Source of the DNA: Alphaproteobacteria bacterium
GTDB taxonomy: Bacteria; Pseudomonadota; Alphaproteobacteria; MPNO01; UBA830
Reading direction: 5' to 3'
Assembly: GCA_964291215.2 (NCBI GenBank)
Contig: OZ219790.1
Span: forward strand, 2,530,588-2,594,587
DNA: 64,000 bases
Below, one piece after another: positions 30,010-41,687 of the stretch (positions are counted from its first letter, which is position 1; every line of letters starts with the position of its first letter). The position numbers were made by a program, and so were the translations under genes. A model generated the notes under the pieces. It saw only the letters and a list, made by a program, of their open reading frames with translations, made no database searches and had not been told where the DNA came from.

Positions 30010-31320
30010 CTACAGGATGAACTTCGAGAGGTCGGCGTCCTTCGCGAGGTCGGCGACATTGGCGCGCACGAGTGCGGCGTCGATCTTCACCGTCTCTCCG
30101 CTCCGGTCCGAGGCGGTGAACGAGATCTCCTCCAGCAACCGCTCCATCACCGTCTGCAGCCGCCGGGCGCCGATATTCTCGACCGTCCGGTTGATCTCGG
30201 CCGTCAGCGCGGCGAGCGCGTCGATGGCGTCGTCGGTGAACTCGAGGATCACCTCCTCGGTCGCCATCAGCGCCGTGTACTGGCGGATCAGGTTGGTCTC
30301 GGGCTCGGTGAGGATGCGCCGGAAATCCGCCTCGTTGAGCGCCTTGAGCTCGACCCGGATGGGAAGCCGCCCCTGAAGCTCGGGCAGCAGGTCGGCCGGC
30401 TTGGCGAGGTGGAACGCGCCCGACGCGACGAACAGGATGTGGTCGGTCTTCACGGTGCCGTGCTTGGTCGGCACCGTAGTGCCTTCGATCAGGGGCAGCA
30501 GGTCGCGCTGCACGCCCTCGCGGCTGACGTCGGCGCCGACGCGGCCGTCGGAACGTGCGCAGATCTTGTCGATCTCGTCGAGGAAGACGATCCCGTTCTG
30601 CTCGACGGCGTCGATGGCGGTGCGGACGACGAGGTCGTCGTCGAGGAGCTTGTCGCTCTCTTCCTCGATCAGGATCTCGTGGCTGTCGGCAACGGTCATC
30701 TTCTTGGGTTTGGCCTGGTTTCCGAAGGCTTTGCCGAGCATGTCGTTGAGGTTGATCATCCCCATCTGGGCGCCCGGCATGCCCGGGATTTCGAAGGTCG
30801 GCATGCCGCCGCCGGAGTCGGTGACTTCGATCTCGATCTCGCGGTCGCCGAGCTCGCCGCTGCGGAGCATGTCGCGGAACTTGCGGCGCGTGGCCTCGTT
30901 GGCGTTGGCGCCGACAAGTGCGTCGAGGACCCGTTCCTCGGCCGCAAGTTCGGCGCGCGCGGCGACCTCCTTGCGCATGCGGTCGCGGGTCATCTGGATG
31001 GCGATCTCGACGAGGTCGCGGACGATCGATTCGACGTCGCGGCCAACATAGCCGACCTCAGTGAACTTGGTCGCCTCGACCTTGAGGAACGGCGCCTGGG
31101 CGAGGCGCGCAAGGCGTCGCGAGATCTCGGTCTTGCCGACGCCGGTGGGCCCGATCATCAGGATGTTCTTCGGCAGTACTTCCTCGCGCAGGCTGTCGTC
31201 GAGCTGCTGGCGCCGCCAGCGGTTGCGCAGCGCGACCGCGACAGCGCGTTTGGCATCGTTCTGGCCGACGATGTAGCGGTCGAGTTCGGAGACGATTTCA
31301 CGGGGAGAGAAGTTGGTCAC
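30010..31320 (-). CDS. hslU: ATP-dependent protease ATPase subunit HslU
   Basis: [49 protein letters not shown]. Confidence 0.98.
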   Translation of the reverse strand: MTNFSPREIVSELDRYIVGQNDAKRAVAVALRNRWRRQQLDDSLREEVLPKNILMIGPTGVGKTEISRRLARLAQAPFLKVEATKFTEVGYVGRDVESIVRDLVEIAIQMTRDRMRKEVAARAELAAEERVLDALVGANANEATRRKFRDMLRSGELGDREIEIEVTDSGGGMPTFEIPGMPGAQMGMINLNDMLGKAFGNQAKPKKMTVADSHEILIEEESDKLLDDDLVVRTAIDAVEQNGIVFLDEIDKICARSDGRVGADVSREGVQRDLLPLIEGTTVPTKHGTVKTDHILFVASGAFHLAKPADLLPELQGRLPIRVELKALNEADFRRILTEPETNLIRQYTALMATEEVILEFTDDAIDALAALTAEINRTVENIGARRLQTVMERLLEEISFTASDRSGETVKIDAALVRANVADLAKDADLSKFIL

Positions 31321-31323
31321 GGA

Positions 31324-31872
31324 TCAGAGGCTTTCGATGACGACATTGCGGTTGGTGTAGATGCAGATATCCGCCGCCACCTCCATGGCGCGGCGCGCGA
31401 TTTCCTCGGCGTCGAGGTCGTCCTGGTCGACGAGCGCGCGCGCCGCGGCGAGCGCGTAGGTGCCACCGGAGCCGATGCCGATCAGCCCTTCCTCAGGCTC
31501 GAGCACATCGCCGGTGCCGGTCAGCACCAGGGAGACATCGCTGTCCGCGACCGCCATCATCGCCTCGAGGCGGCGCAGGTAGCGGTCCGTGCGCCAGTCC
31601 TTCGCAAGCTCGACGCAGGCCCGCGTGAGCTGTCCGGGATGCTGTTCGAGCTTGCCTTCGAGGCGCTCGAAGAGCGTGAATGCGTCGGCCGTCGCGCCCG
31701 CGAACCCGGCGAGGACGGAATCGTCGCCGAGGCGGCGCACCTTCTTCGCGTTGGACTTCATGACGGTGTTGCCGAAGGTCACCTGGCCGTCGCCGGCGAT
31801 CACGACGCGGCCGCCCTTGCGTACCGACAAGATGGTGGTGCCGTGCCAGGTCGGGGGCGTGGTTTCAGTCAT
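31324..31872 (-). CDS. hslV: ATP-dependent protease subunit HslV
   Basis: [42 protein letters not shown]. Confidence 0.97.
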   Translation of the reverse strand: MTETTPPTWHGTTILSVRKGGRVVIAGDGQVTFGNTVMKSNAKKVRRLGDDSVLAGFAGATADAFTLFERLEGKLEQHPGQLTRACVELAKDWRTDRYLRRLEAMMAVADSDVSLVLTGTGDVLEPEEGLIGIGSGGTYALAAARALVDQDDLDAEEIARRAMEVAADICIYTNRNVVIESL

Positions 31873-32213
31873 GCTGCCTTCCGTAGCAATTGCCGCCGCT
31901 GCGGCCCCGGTTGTGCGCGGTGCCGTGAACGGCCGATCGTCGCCGGCTGCGTGCCACAGGGCACCGGGCCGCGTGCGGGACATCTTCGCGAGGCTGGGGC
32001 GGTGGGCCTGGAACCGGAGACCCGGCCCGGATCCCGATACGCGGGCGCAGCTTATAGCATTAACCGGGGCCTGCTCATATTGGCAAAGACGCGTCCGACC
32101 TGCTACAAGGCGCCCTGCACTGTCGCCCGGAACAGGCCCGCGGACCTGCGGAAAAGCCGGTTCCGCGACTGCCGGGCGCCTCCAGATTATTTCTGCCGCG
32201 GACAGCATGCGAG

Positions 32214-32807
32214 ATGCGCAAGGCCACCGTTACGAGAAAGACCAAGGAGACCGAGATCGAGGTCGGCGTGAACCTCGACGGGGACGGCAAGTATGACGTT
32301 GCGACCGGCATCGGCTTTCTCGACCACATGCTCGAACAGCTGGCGCGCCACAGCCTGATGGACCTTGAGGTGCGGGCGAAGGGCGATCTCCACATCGACT
32401 TCCACCACACGACCGAGGACACCGGCATTGCGATCGGCCAGGCGGTGCGCAAGGCGCTCGGCGAGAGCCGCGGCATCGTGCGCTTCGCCAGCGCGCTGAT
32501 ACCGATGGATGAAACGCTGACCCGCGTCGCCATCGACGTCTCGAACCGTCCTTACCTGATCTGGAGGGTCGCGTTCTCGCGGCCGAAGCTCGGCGAGATG
32601 GATACCGAACTCTTCAAGGAGTGGTTCCAGGCCTTCGCCCAGAACGCCGGGGTGACGCTGCATGTCGAGAACCTCTATGGCGAGAACAATCACCATATCG
32701 TCGAGTCCTGTTTCAAGGCGCTCGCGAGGGTGCTGAGGACGGCGGTCGAGATCGACCCGCGGGCCGCTGGCTCCATCCCCTCGACCAAGGGCACCCTGGA
32801 CGACTAG
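32214..32807 (+). CDS. hisB: Imidazoleglycerol-phosphate dehydratase
   Basis: [46 protein letters not shown]. Confidence 0.97.
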   Translation: MRKATVTRKTKETEIEVGVNLDGDGKYDVATGIGFLDHMLEQLARHSLMDLEVRAKGDLHIDFHHTTEDTGIAIGQAVRKALGESRGIVRFASALIPMDETLTRVAIDVSNRPYLIWRVAFSRPKLGEMDTELFKEWFQAFAQNAGVTLHVENLYGENNHHIVESCFKALARVLRTAVEIDPRAAGSIPSTKGTLDD

Positions 32808-32922
32808 GAGTTCGCGCCGCCCGGCGTTCCGGGGTCTGGCTGAGGCACATCGCGCCGGTCCCGCGTCCGGCCGCCGCCTGGAGCGGCGCGGGTGGCGACG
32901 GGGCCTGGGGAAAGGATGATCG

Positions 32923-33630
32923 ATGGACGTTGCCGTGATCGACTACGGGTCGGGCAATCTGAGGTCGGCTGCGAAGGCGCTCGAACGCGCCGCCCGGGAA
33001 CGCGGTCTCGACGCCGCGATCGAGGTCACGGGGCAGGCCGCGGCGCTCGACCGGGCCGACCGGATCGTGTTGCCGGGCGTCGGCGCCTTCGGTGACTGCG
33101 CCCGCGGGCTCGGTGCACTTCCGGGCATGGTCGAGGCGCTCAAGCGCAATGTCCGCGAGCGCGACAAGCCTTTTCTCGGGATCTGCGTCGGCATGCAGCT
33201 GATGGCCGACCGCGGCATCGAGCACGGCGTCCATGACGGGCTCGGCTGGATCCCCGGGGAGGTGCGCCCGCTGACCGCTGGTGATCCGCAGCTGAAGATC
33301 CCGCACATGGGATGGAATGCGGTGGAGGTGTCGGCGGGTGCTGCTGCGCATCCGGTGGTTGCCGGTCTCGGCGCGTCCGCGCATGCTTATTTCGTGCACA
33401 GCTATGCGATATACTGCGAGCAAGACAGCAATATCCTCGCCACGGCCGAACACGGCGACCGATTTCCGGCAATCGTCGGGTGCGCCAACATGGTCGGAAC
33501 CCAGTTTCACCCCGAAAAGAGCCAGGCCGCCGGTCTCCGGTTTCTGGGGGATTTCCTGGCATGGCAGCCGGCGTGGCGCGGAGAGGGGAGTCCGGATGAC
33601 CAAGGCAAAGACCGCAGTAGAGCCGCTTGA
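32923..33630 (+). CDS. hisH: Imidazole glycerol phosphate synthase, glutaminase subunit
   Basis: IDYGSGNL, LPGVGAF, LGICVGMQ, PHMGWN, YFVHSY, QFHPEKS. Confidence 0.96.
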   Translation: MDVAVIDYGSGNLRSAAKALERAARERGLDAAIEVTGQAAALDRADRIVLPGVGAFGDCARGLGALPGMVEALKRNVRERDKPFLGICVGMQLMADRGIEHGVHDGLGWIPGEVRPLTAGDPQLKIPHMGWNAVEVSAGAAAHPVVAGLGASAHAYFVHSYAIYCEQDSNILATAEHGDRFPAIVGCANMVGTQFHPEKSQAAGLRFLGDFLAWQPAWRGEGSPDDQGKDRSRAA

Positions 33631-34159
33631 GGAGATCTCGGACGAGGATCTCGAGGATCTCTGCGACGCGGCCGAATCCTCGATTGTCGACGGTGGTGGG
33701 TTCGGCTGGCTGACGCCGCCGCCACGCGCGATGCTCGGGCGCTATTTCCGGGGCGTGGTGCTGGTGCCTGAGCGGCATCTCTTCGTCGGCCGGCTCGACG
33801 GCCGTATCGCCGCCTCGGCGCAACTCCAGGAGCCGCCCCGGAACAACGAGGCGCAGGCGCATATCGCGACCCTGACGGCGCTGTTCGTCGCGCCGTGGGC
33901 GCGCGGCCGCGGCATCTCTCCGAAGCTCGCGTCGGTGGTCGAGGACAAGGCGCGGAAGCTCGGCTACCACATCCTCCAGCTCGATCTCCGCGCCACTCAG
34001 ACGGCGGCCATCAACCTCTACGAACAGCTTGGCTTCGAGCGCTGGGGCACCAATCCCCGGTACGCTCTCGTTGACGGCGAGACCGTGCCCGGCCACTACT
34101 ATTCCAAGCGCCTGCGCCCGGCCCCGCGGCGGCGCGCCCGGGCCCGCCCCGCAAAATGA
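33596..34159 (+). CDS. GNAT-family N-acetyltransferase
   Basis: [31 protein letters not shown]; lies between hisH and hisA. Confidence 0.85.
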   Translation: MTKAKTAVEPLEEISDEDLEDLCDAAESSIVDGGGFGWLTPPPRAMLGRYFRGVVLVPERHLFVGRLDGRIAASAQLQEPPRNNEAQAHIATLTALFVAPWARGRGISPKLASVVEDKARKLGYHILQLDLRATQTAAINLYEQLGFERWGTNPRYALVDGETVPGHYYSKRLRPAPRRRARARPAK

Positions 34160-34884
34160 TCCTGTTCCCGGCGATCGACCTCAAGGACGGCGCCTGCGTC
34201 CGCCTCGTGCGTGGCGACATGGGTCAGACCACCGTATTCAACGAGGATCCGGCCGCCCAGGCGCGGGAATTCGAGGCGGCCGGGTTTGAATGGCTCCATG
34301 TCGTCGACCTCAACGGCGCCTTTGCCGGCCGTCCGGTGAACCGGGATGCCGTCCGCGCCATCATCGGCGCCACCGCGATGCCGGTGCAGCTCGGCGGCGG
34401 CATCCGCGACCGCGAGACGGTTGAGGCCTGGCTCGAGGCCGGCGTGGCTCGGGTCATTCTCGGCACCGCAGCGGTCCGCGATCCGGAGTTCGCGCGCGAC
34501 GCCTGCGCGCGCTTTCCCGGACGCGTCGTGATCGGCATCGATGGGCGCGGCGGGCGCGCCGCCGTCGAGGGCTGGGCCGAGACTTCCGAAGTCGAGGTGC
34601 ACGAACTCGCGCTTCACTTCGAGAACGCCGGCGCGGCAGCCATCGTCTATACCGACATCGATCGCGACGGTGCCCTCAAGGGGCTGAACGTCGAGGCCAC
34701 GGTGGCGCTCGCACAGCGCATCGACACGCCGGTGATCGCCTCGGGCGGCGTGCGCGGCCCCACGGATCTCGAGGCGATCGCCGGACATGCCGACGCCGGT
34801 ATCGAGGGGGTGATCGCGGGGCGCGCGATCTATGATGGACGCATCGATGCGGCCGCGGCGCTGGCGCTGATGCGGGGCGGGTGA
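34156..34884 (+). CDS. hisA: ProFAR isomerase
   Basis: [37 protein letters not shown]. Confidence 0.96.
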   Translation: MILFPAIDLKDGACVRLVRGDMGQTTVFNEDPAAQAREFEAAGFEWLHVVDLNGAFAGRPVNRDAVRAIIGATAMPVQLGGGIRDRETVEAWLEAGVARVILGTAAVRDPEFARDACARFPGRVVIGIDGRGGRAAVEGWAETSEVEVHELALHFENAGAAAIVYTDIDRDGALKGLNVEATVALAQRIDTPVIASGGVRGPTDLEAIAGHADAGIEGVIAGRAIYDGRIDAAAALALMRGG

Positions 34885-35663
34885 GCGTGCTCAAGGCGCG
34901 CATAATCCCGTGTCTCGACGTCAAGGACGGCCGCACCGTCAAGGGCGTCAACTTCGTCGACCTGGTCGATGCCGGAGATCCGGTCGAGCAGGCGCGCTTC
35001 TATGACGCCGGGGGCGCCGACGAGCTTTGTTTTCTCGACATCACGGCGAGCCACGAGAACCGCGATACCATTCACGACGTGGTGGCGCGGACCGCCGAGC
35101 AGTGCTTCATGCCGCTCACTGTCGGCGGCGGGGTGCGCTCGGTCGCCGACATCCGGAAGCTCCTGCTCTCCGGCGCCGACAAGGTTTCGATCAATACCGC
35201 CGCCGTCGACCGCCCGGAGTTCGTTGCCGAGGCGGCCGAGAAGTTCGGCGCTCAGTGCATCGTCGTCGCCATCGACGCCAAGGCCACGGGCCCCGACAAG
35301 TGGGAGATCTTCACCCATGGCGGGCGCCGGCCGACCGGCATCGACGCGGTTGAATGGGCGCGGCGCATGACGGCGCTCGGCGCCGGCGAGATTCTGCTCA
35401 CCTCGATGGACCGGGACGGTACGCGGCGGGGTTTCGACATCCCGCTGACGCGCGCGATCTCGGACGCGGTCACCGCGCCGGTCATCGCGTCGGGCGGTGT
35501 CGGCACGCTCGATCATCTCGCCGAGGGGATCCTCAAGGGGCACGCGTCGGCAGTGCTTGCGGCCTCGATATTTCATTTCGGGGAGCACACGATCCTTGAG
35601 GCGCGGGCGCACCTGGCGGCAAGCGGCGTCGCCGTGCGGCCGCTGGACGGCGAAACGCCTTAG
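34881..35663 (+). CDS. hisF: Imidazole glycerol phosphate synthase, cyclase subunit
   Basis: [43 protein letters not shown]. Confidence 0.97.
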   Translation: MSVLKARIIPCLDVKDGRTVKGVNFVDLVDAGDPVEQARFYDAGGADELCFLDITASHENRDTIHDVVARTAEQCFMPLTVGGGVRSVADIRKLLLSGADKVSINTAAVDRPEFVAEAAEKFGAQCIVVAIDAKATGPDKWEIFTHGGRRPTGIDAVEWARRMTALGAGEILLTSMDRDGTRRGFDIPLTRAISDAVTAPVIASGGVGTLDHLAEGILKGHASAVLAASIFHFGEHTILEARAHLAASGVAVRPLDGETP

Positions 35664-35960
35664 GCGCAGCCGGCCAGCACCGCGGGCTCCGACCTCTCCG
35701 CGATTTTTGCAAGTACGTCAGGCGCCCGTCTGCTATCCGGGGCGGCTGCGGCGGGACAGGCCGGAAGCGCGACGGCTCCGCCGCAATGCGGATAAGTTTG
35801 TGATGCCCGGGGACGGCAGCCCGTTTGGCGCTTTCGTCCCGCTATCGGTTGTCAATCGGGGCGGTGAGATCGTGGCGATGCGGAGCTGTTCGGGCCGGTG
35901 TCCTGCGCGGTCGCGGCGTTCTGCCACCCGGGCCTTCGGCGGGACTGTTTCCCGGGGCGC

Positions 35961-36272
35961 CTACTGCTCAAGGACAGTCTCGAAGCCCTCGAACTCGGGG
36001 TGGCCGAGATAGAGATTACGCCGGGCGCCGGCGTGGGCCTTCCTGAACGCCTCGGATAGCGTCCACACCTCGAAAGATTCGCGATCCTGCCAACTCGAAT
36101 GCGAGGCGTAGAGCGTGTGGTCTTCCGCCTCCGGCCCCTTCAGGAGGCGGAATCCGGCAAAACCGGGAACGCCTTCGAGATGGGAGTTCCGTTCGGACCA
36201 CAGCCGTTCGAAGTCGTCTTCACATCCGCGCACGATGCGAAACCGGTTCATCGCGATAAACATGCTGTCCAT
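35961..36272 (-). CDS. ABM/IsdG-like monooxygenase
   Basis: MFIAMNRF..FERLW..VPGF..SEAFRKAH..GHPEFEGF. Confidence 0.85.
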   Translation of the reverse strand: MDSMFIAMNRFRIVRGCEDDFERLWSERNSHLEGVPGFAGFRLLKGPEAEDHTLYASHSSWQDRESFEVWTLSEAFRKAHAGARRNLYLGHPEFEGFETVLEQ

Positions 36273-36434
36273 TCCCGTCTATTGCGGCGTCCGTCCCGGA
36301 TCGCCGCCCGACCACGGTTATGCCACAGCCGGCCGGCATGGCGAAAGGCCTTGCGGGACGTGGGCTGCCCGCGGCCGGCCGATCTGCCGGGATGCGCCGG
36401 CGCGGTTCAGCGCCGCGGCGGCCTTGTCCCATCC

Positions 36435-38359
36435 CACGATGATCCCATGGCAGACGCGAAATCCGAGTGCGTTGGAGCTCGCGTCATCACAGATCGTCTC
36501 CTTGATCGCAATTTTTCGTGCCGAGAAGGCCCCAAGGTGATCCCATGCTTGTTGATGTGATGTGATCGGAGTCCTGATCGCGGCGCGGGTCGACGCGTTC
36601 GAGGCTGCGATTTTGAGATTTGCTGACGCGCTGTTGCGGCGCGGGGCGCGATTGGTCGGCGTATCCGGGGCGAGCGAGAGGCCTTGGTTGCCGGGCTCGA
36701 AAGCTTGCGGTTTCTGTCGGGGAGAGAGGCGCGGTCAGCCTGGTCTTGTGATTGCGTGCAGGACCTGCTTGCGCTTGTCGGCATGGTGGGAAGCTGTTGA
36801 AGGGTTTGGGCAGCTTGTTGCGAATGATGACGGCGAGGGTGATCGCGTTGTTTGCGGGCGCGTTCGGAGCATGGAGTCGTCTTCGCGGAAGGTGGCGTCG
36901 CGGACATGATGGTGGCTCTCGACTACCCAGTGTCCGCGATTCCATGCGAGCAGCTGTTGCGGCGAGGCGCGTTCGGCCGAGGTCATGGCGTATTCGGTTG
37001 TCCGTTTTCCGGATTTCTTGAATTCGACGCGCCGGGTGACGCGGCAGATCTGCTAGTTGATCATCTTTGCCAGCCGGGTGAAGATGGTGCGCTGCGGCCA
37101 TGCGCGGGCTTTTCGTTGTAGCGCTGGCGGTCTTCCAGTTGATGCTCTCTCGAAGGTGCGTTGCCCTTGACCATCAGTCCGCGCGATGGGTCTCGATGAT
37201 CAGCCTCGCGGGTGGTGTGGAGCGCGTCGAGGGTGAGCAGACGGCCGTCGCGGCGTGGACGGCAGCGATCTCCCCGTCGTGATAGTTGAGGATCGAATAC
37301 CGGCCAGCGAGACTGTCTCGTAATGATCCTCGCCGGTGCGCTTGCCGTCGACCGCGTTGCCGACCTGCGGCTGCGCGCCGCATCCTCGATCCATCCCGGG
37401 TCGGTAGCACCCGGTGCACGGTGGAGACCGGCTTGTCCCTGTTCTTCCATGCTGCTCCAGCTCCTTCTGCGTCGTAGTGCGCCGCCGCGCCGGTTCGCAA
37501 GCCAGCAAAATCACGCACAGCACCGAGGCGATGCCCCTGCGCGCGCCGGAAAGCGCCGCTGATAAATCGAGCGCAACTCCTGCGCCGACCAGCGGCGCCC
37601 GCAACTCCCACGCCACAGGAAGCGGCGAACGATCCCGCAGCCGACGTCGCGACGCAACGGAAACACGTAAAGATCCTTCGCCTCCCCGGTCGGTATAGCG
37701 CCCGCTGGCGCGCGCATAGCTCCTGCCAACGCACTCCCAGTTCGCCGCCTTGTACATGGCGCCGCTGAACTTCGTCGGCAAAACAAACGACTCCGCAACA
37801 AGCAACGGCAGCCTCCCAGTCGCCGCCGCACCATCCGCGACAACGCAAACGAGGCAAGGCCCGGAAACGACCACCAAGAACAACAAACCTCGTGTTGTTC
37901 CCGGCAACCGCCTGAACTGTTCCTCGCGGCGCCAGCCAATCCAACGGGTGCGCAGCTGAGGGCGCCCGTCTGCCAGCCCGCAGCACCAATCCACCGCCCG
38001 CGCCAGGTGAACACGCAGACCTCGACCGGCAAACTGCTTGAAACCAAGATACAATCAACAACACGGTTCCAGCGACATCAGGCCGCGCAAGGCGCACAAC
38101 CACATCCCGGAGCGCAAAACCCTCCAGAGTCGTCTCAAAAAAATCCGCTGCCTCCACGACAACGGATACTACGCCGCTTCACAAAAAGCCAGCGAAAATG
38201 CGAATCATCCTGAACAAGCAAAACCGACCCTGCCAACAAACCTAGCGTGGGATCGCCGTGGAGAAGGCCCCATCGAGCCTTGGCCACACGATTGTTGCGC
38301 GACTCAGACTGAGAAATCTCGCCAGTCCTCGCTCGATTAGCAGCGTGGGGTCACCGTGG
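36435..38359. mobile_element. ~190-bp MITE with ISAs1-like ends, split by the ISAs1 insertion
   Basis: Ends CACGATGATCCCATG (36435) and CGTGGGGTCACCGTG (to 38359). Confidence 0.5.
36533..38260 (-). mobile_element. Second degenerate DUF4338-ISAs1 element
   Basis: Homologous to 3370-5379; ends CAAGGTGATCCCATG..CGTGGGATCGCCGTG; 10-bp TSD GAGAAGGCCC (36523-36532, 38261-38270). Confidence 0.88.
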
Positions 38360-38588
38360 ACCGCACCTCACGCTCCGACAGAAACCGCAACCATCCGGGC
38401 CCGGCAACCAAACCCGGAAGGCCTCTCGCTCACTCCGGATATGCCGAAGCCGACCAATCGCACCCCGCTCGACGCCGCAACAGGACATCAGACGTCAGCA
38501 AGTCTCAAAATCGCGGACTCGAACGCGTCGACCCGCGCCGCGATCAAGACTCCGATCACATCATATCAACAAGCATGGGATCATCGTG
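38360..38588 (+). mobile_element. Inverted terminal fragment of the same ISAs1 family
   Basis: Reverse-complement homolog of about 36535-36735, ending CATGGGATCATCGTG. Confidence 0.7.
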
Positions 38589-38800
38589 GGGCTGGAACGG
38601 CGATCGCTTCGACTGTTTCCTCGATCTGCAAACCTGGCGCGCTCAGGTGGGCGGCGCGGGCCTCGTCGAACTCGATCACTATTGCCGCCCGCCTGGAAAA
38701 CCGCGCCACGAGCAACCCTGGCTCGCGAGCGTGTGGCGGAACCTGCCGGGACCGGGGGCAATTGAGCCCGTCCTAAAGCAACGATAAGAGAGGGCTATCC

Positions 38801-39646
38801 TCAGCCGTCCGGAGCGATGACCTCCAGCCACGGCTCGACATGCTCGATATCGCCGATGTGCCGGGCCGTGCGGCCGTCGGCGCTGCGCCACAGGATCAGC
38901 GGCACGCTGTTCACGCTCCATGAGCCGAATATTCGGTTGTTTGCGGCAATGGCGCTCCTGCCGTCTCCTCCCGTACTGTGCGTCCGCGGATCGAACCATG
39001 CCAGCGCCGGATCGGCGCTGGCGGCAATAGCTGTCGCCCTGTGCGCCGCCTGTGCGCCGAGGACTGCCACCGGAATCACGCGGAGCTGCAGCCTGCCGGC
39101 AACGGCGGGTCGGGAGAGGCGCGCGACCGCGGATCGGGACCACGGGCAGGTCGGGTCCGCGAATACGACCGCCAGGGGGCCCGCCTTCCCGATCGTGAAA
39201 CCGAAAGCGTTCGTGGAACGCCGGAACCGCGCCAGGTCTGCGGCGCCCGAAAGGCCGTGCGTCCTCTGCGGACCGGCTGGCCCTCCATCTTCCGCGGCAG
39301 TGCTGGCGGCGGCGCCGAGCGGCGCCGGGGCGGCATTGCCATTCGCTCTCTGATTGCTCCGCGCGCTTGCGATCTGCCGTCCGGTTAACAGCCTCGCGTC
39401 TGGCCCGTAGAGGAGGCCGGCGACGGCATGGCCGTCGGCCGTCAGGTAGACGCTGTAGCTGTCGCCTGCTGCTGGCTCGACGAGGTAGCCGGCCAGTCCA
39501 CCGCGCTCCCCGAGCACCATGATCCGGGCGCCTCCGGCGCGCAGCGCGGCGATCATTGGCAAGTCCCCGGTATCCGCTCCGTGGACCGGAAGCGCTGAAA
39601 CGGCAGAGGCAAGAACCGCCGCCAGCACGGCGGCAGTCCGCCTCAT
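38801..39646 (-). CDS. Periplasmic DsbG/DsbC-like thioredoxin-fold protein (TrbB-like)
   Basis: Signal peptide; YLTADGHAVAGLLY; VFADPTCPWS; VIPVAVL; VNSVP. Confidence 0.75.
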   Translation of the reverse strand: MRRTAAVLAAVLASAVSALPVHGADTGDLPMIAALRAGGARIMVLGERGGLAGYLVEPAAGDSYSVYLTADGHAVAGLLYGPDARLLTGRQIASARSNQRANGNAAPAPLGAAASTAAEDGGPAGPQRTHGLSGAADLARFRRSTNAFGFTIGKAGPLAVVFADPTCPWSRSAVARLSRPAVAGRLQLRVIPVAVLGAQAAHRATAIAASADPALAWFDPRTHSTGGDGRSAIAANNRIFGSWSVNSVPLILWRSADGRTARHIGDIEHVEPWLEVIAPDG

Positions 39647-40239
39647 CGTTCCTCTCCGCCGCGCGTCGGCCGATGGGTCACCGCGAGCGACGCGCCGTCG
39701 GGCGAGAGCTCGCCCGCCGGAGGTTCCGGAAGGTGGGAGAGGCCGAAGAAAAGCGCGCGCACTGCGTCGGCGAAACTTCCATTGAAAACCCGGCTCCGGT
39801 GCACCCGGTAGCGGCGGTCCGTGAGAAACAGGATCTCGACCCCGGCCCGCGCGCCCCAGCGCGCGAGAATGTCTGCGAGGGTCTCTCCGGCCTCGATCCG
39901 CCAGCTCGCGAGCCCGCCGCGGCCGCTCACGAACTCGGCGTCGGCCGGATCCAGCCCCGCGGGGCGGACATGGATCTCGTCGCCGTGGCGTACGTGGTCC
40001 AGCCCCTCGCCATGGAGGAGGCTTTCCCAGTTCCCGTAATTGCGCGGGATCGGGCGTCCCGTGTCGATCCGGCGGTCAAACCGCGCCGTCAGCGGCTTCG
40101 GGAGAAGCCGCTGCAACACCGCGCCGAGCGCGGTGGGATTGCCGTGTTCGGGCATGGCGAAGCTCGGCCGCGGCCCGGGCGGGGGAATGTAACGGAACGC
40201 CGCTCCAGCATCCGCCGCGGCGAGGGTGGCGGCCAGCAT
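39643..40239 (-). CDS. TcpQ-domain secreted protein
   Basis: WRIEAGETLADILARWGARAGVEILF..FNGSFADAVRALF; TGATG overlap with icmT. Confidence 0.7.
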   Translation of the reverse strand: MLAATLAAADAGAAFRYIPPPGPRPSFAMPEHGNPTALGAVLQRLLPKPLTARFDRRIDTGRPIPRNYGNWESLLHGEGLDHVRHGDEIHVRPAGLDPADAEFVSGRGGLASWRIEAGETLADILARWGARAGVEILFLTDRRYRVHRSRVFNGSFADAVRALFFGLSHLPEPPAGELSPDGASLAVTHRPTRGGEER

Positions 40240-40514
40240 CAGCCAAAATCCACAAACCACCGCACATGTCGAAAATGAAGCGCCGGCCGCCGTCCCGCGG
40301 CGCGGGCGCGGAGCGCGCGCAGCGCCGCCTGCGGCCGGTATCCGCGCGCCTCCGCAAGGCGGAACGCGATCATGGCTGTGGCCGCAAGCGCGGTCGTCCA
40401 CCAGGCCGGTACGAATATCCAGAGTACCAGCAGCACCAGCAGCCGGGCGTCGATCCAGTAGAGGCGGACAGGACGCATGGTGTCGCGCCAGGTTATCGTT
40501 GCGGGATCGATCAT
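40239..40514 (-). CDS. icmT: IcmT/TraK-family type IVB secretion membrane protein
   Basis: WRDTMRPVRLYWIDAR, TM segment, RGY..ALRALR..G. Confidence 0.8.
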   Translation of the reverse strand: MIDPATITWRDTMRPVRLYWIDARLLVLLVLWIFVPAWWTTALAATAMIAFRLAEARGYRPQAALRALRARAAGRRPALHFRHVRWFVDFG

Positions 40515-40529
40515 GTGGGCGTGTCCTCA

Positions 40530-41687
40530 TCATTTCGGGGGGATATCCCCGTGTTTCGAAAACGAAACTCGGTCGGCCGCCGGCGCGGTCGCGCCGGCCC
40601 GGATGCGCCAAAGATCCGCGGCTCCGAGGCGCCCGTCCCGGAACGCCCGCTCGGCCGAAGCCGCAAGATCGTTTCCGGTGCGCGCCAGCGCCTGCGCGAT
40701 CCGCGTCGGCCAGCCCGACGGGGGCATCCTGAGAAGAGCGGTCTTGAGTGCGCCGTTGAACACCAGCCATTCTCGGATGGCGGTGCGCCCGCCACGGGGG
40801 TCAGGAACCAGAAGCTGCGTGACCACGATGTTCATCGCGTCGATCAGCGCCGCGCTGCGCTCGTCGCGCTCGTGCACCGGAAACTCCGCCAGCAGCCGCC
40901 TGACCGTCGCTGCGACCCCGATGGTGTGCGCCGTGGAAAACACCGCAATGCCGTAATCCGCTGCCCGGAGGACGGCCTCGACGGTCTCGCGGTCGCGCGC
41001 CTCGCCGACGATCACCGCCGCCGGCTGCCGGCGCAGGCTTGAACGGAGCCCGTCGGCAAAGCTCGGGAAATGCCGTGGAATCTCCGACGAGGACATCATC
41101 GCGGCGTCGCCGCCGATGCCGTCGAAGACGAACTCGATCGGCGCCTCGTAGGACTGTATTCGTCCGGCGCCGCGCTCGAGGAGCCGCCGTGTGCCGGCCG
41201 CGAGCAGTGTCGACTTGCCGGAGCCGGGAACGCCGGTGACCAGGGTCAGGCCGCGGCACACATCCCATGCCGAGACGATCTCGGACTCGATTCCGAGATC
41301 GTCCATCGATGGCGGTTTTCCCCGCAGCACGCGCATCGTGATGTTGATCCCGAAGCTGCCGGCGACCAGCACCGGGGCAAGGTTGCAGCGGAACCGGTGA
41401 TGGAGGCCGCGTCCGCAGGCGACCGCGTGGGAACAGTCGATCGCGCGCCCGGACCGCAGGATCCCGTCGCCGGTACCGCCGAATATCCGCTCCACGAGCA
41501 ACCCCATCGCGATGCCGTCAAGGCGCGTCGCAGTCGCTTGCCGCAGCGCTCCGTCGATCTCGACAAACACCGGGCTGCCGGTCTGGAAGGAGACATCCGA
41601 TGCCCGCTGCGTTGCAGCCCACGCCAGAAGCCCGTCGAGCCGGTCCGGCTCGAACTGCGCGAGGCCGCCAGGCGCGAGAGCCGTCAC
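40530..41687 (-). CDS. dotB: DotB/TraJ-like secretion ATPase (PilT family)
   Basis: ASDVSFQTG, RFRCN, VTGVPGSGKSTLL, YEAPIEFVFD, LRRQP..VGEARD, STAH. Confidence 0.85.
   Translation of the reverse strand: MTALAPGGLAQFEPDRLDGLLAWAATQRASDVSFQTGSPVFVEIDGALRQATATRLDGIAMGLLVERIFGGTGDGILRSGRAIDCSHAVACGRGLHHRFRCNLAPVLVAGSFGINITMRVLRGKPPSMDDLGIESEIVSAWDVCRGLTLVTGVPGSGKSTLLAAGTRRLLERGAGRIQSYEAPIEFVFDGIGGDAAMMSSSEIPRHFPSFADGLRSSLRRQPAAVIVGEARDRETVEAVLRAADYGIAVFSTAHTIGVAATVRRLLAEFPVHERDERSAALIDAMNIVVTQLLVPDPRGGRTAIREWLVFNGALKTALLRMPPSGWPTRIAQALARTGNDLAASAERAFRDGRLGAADLWRIRAGATAPAADRVSFSKHGDIPPK

Noticed and set aside
30004-32271. 755-aa plus-strand ORF
   Set aside because: Antisense shadow of hslU/hslV.
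33596-34159. GNAT gene inside the his operon as a novelty
   Set aside because: An extra gene between hisH and hisA is a familiar arrangement in Alphaproteobacteria.
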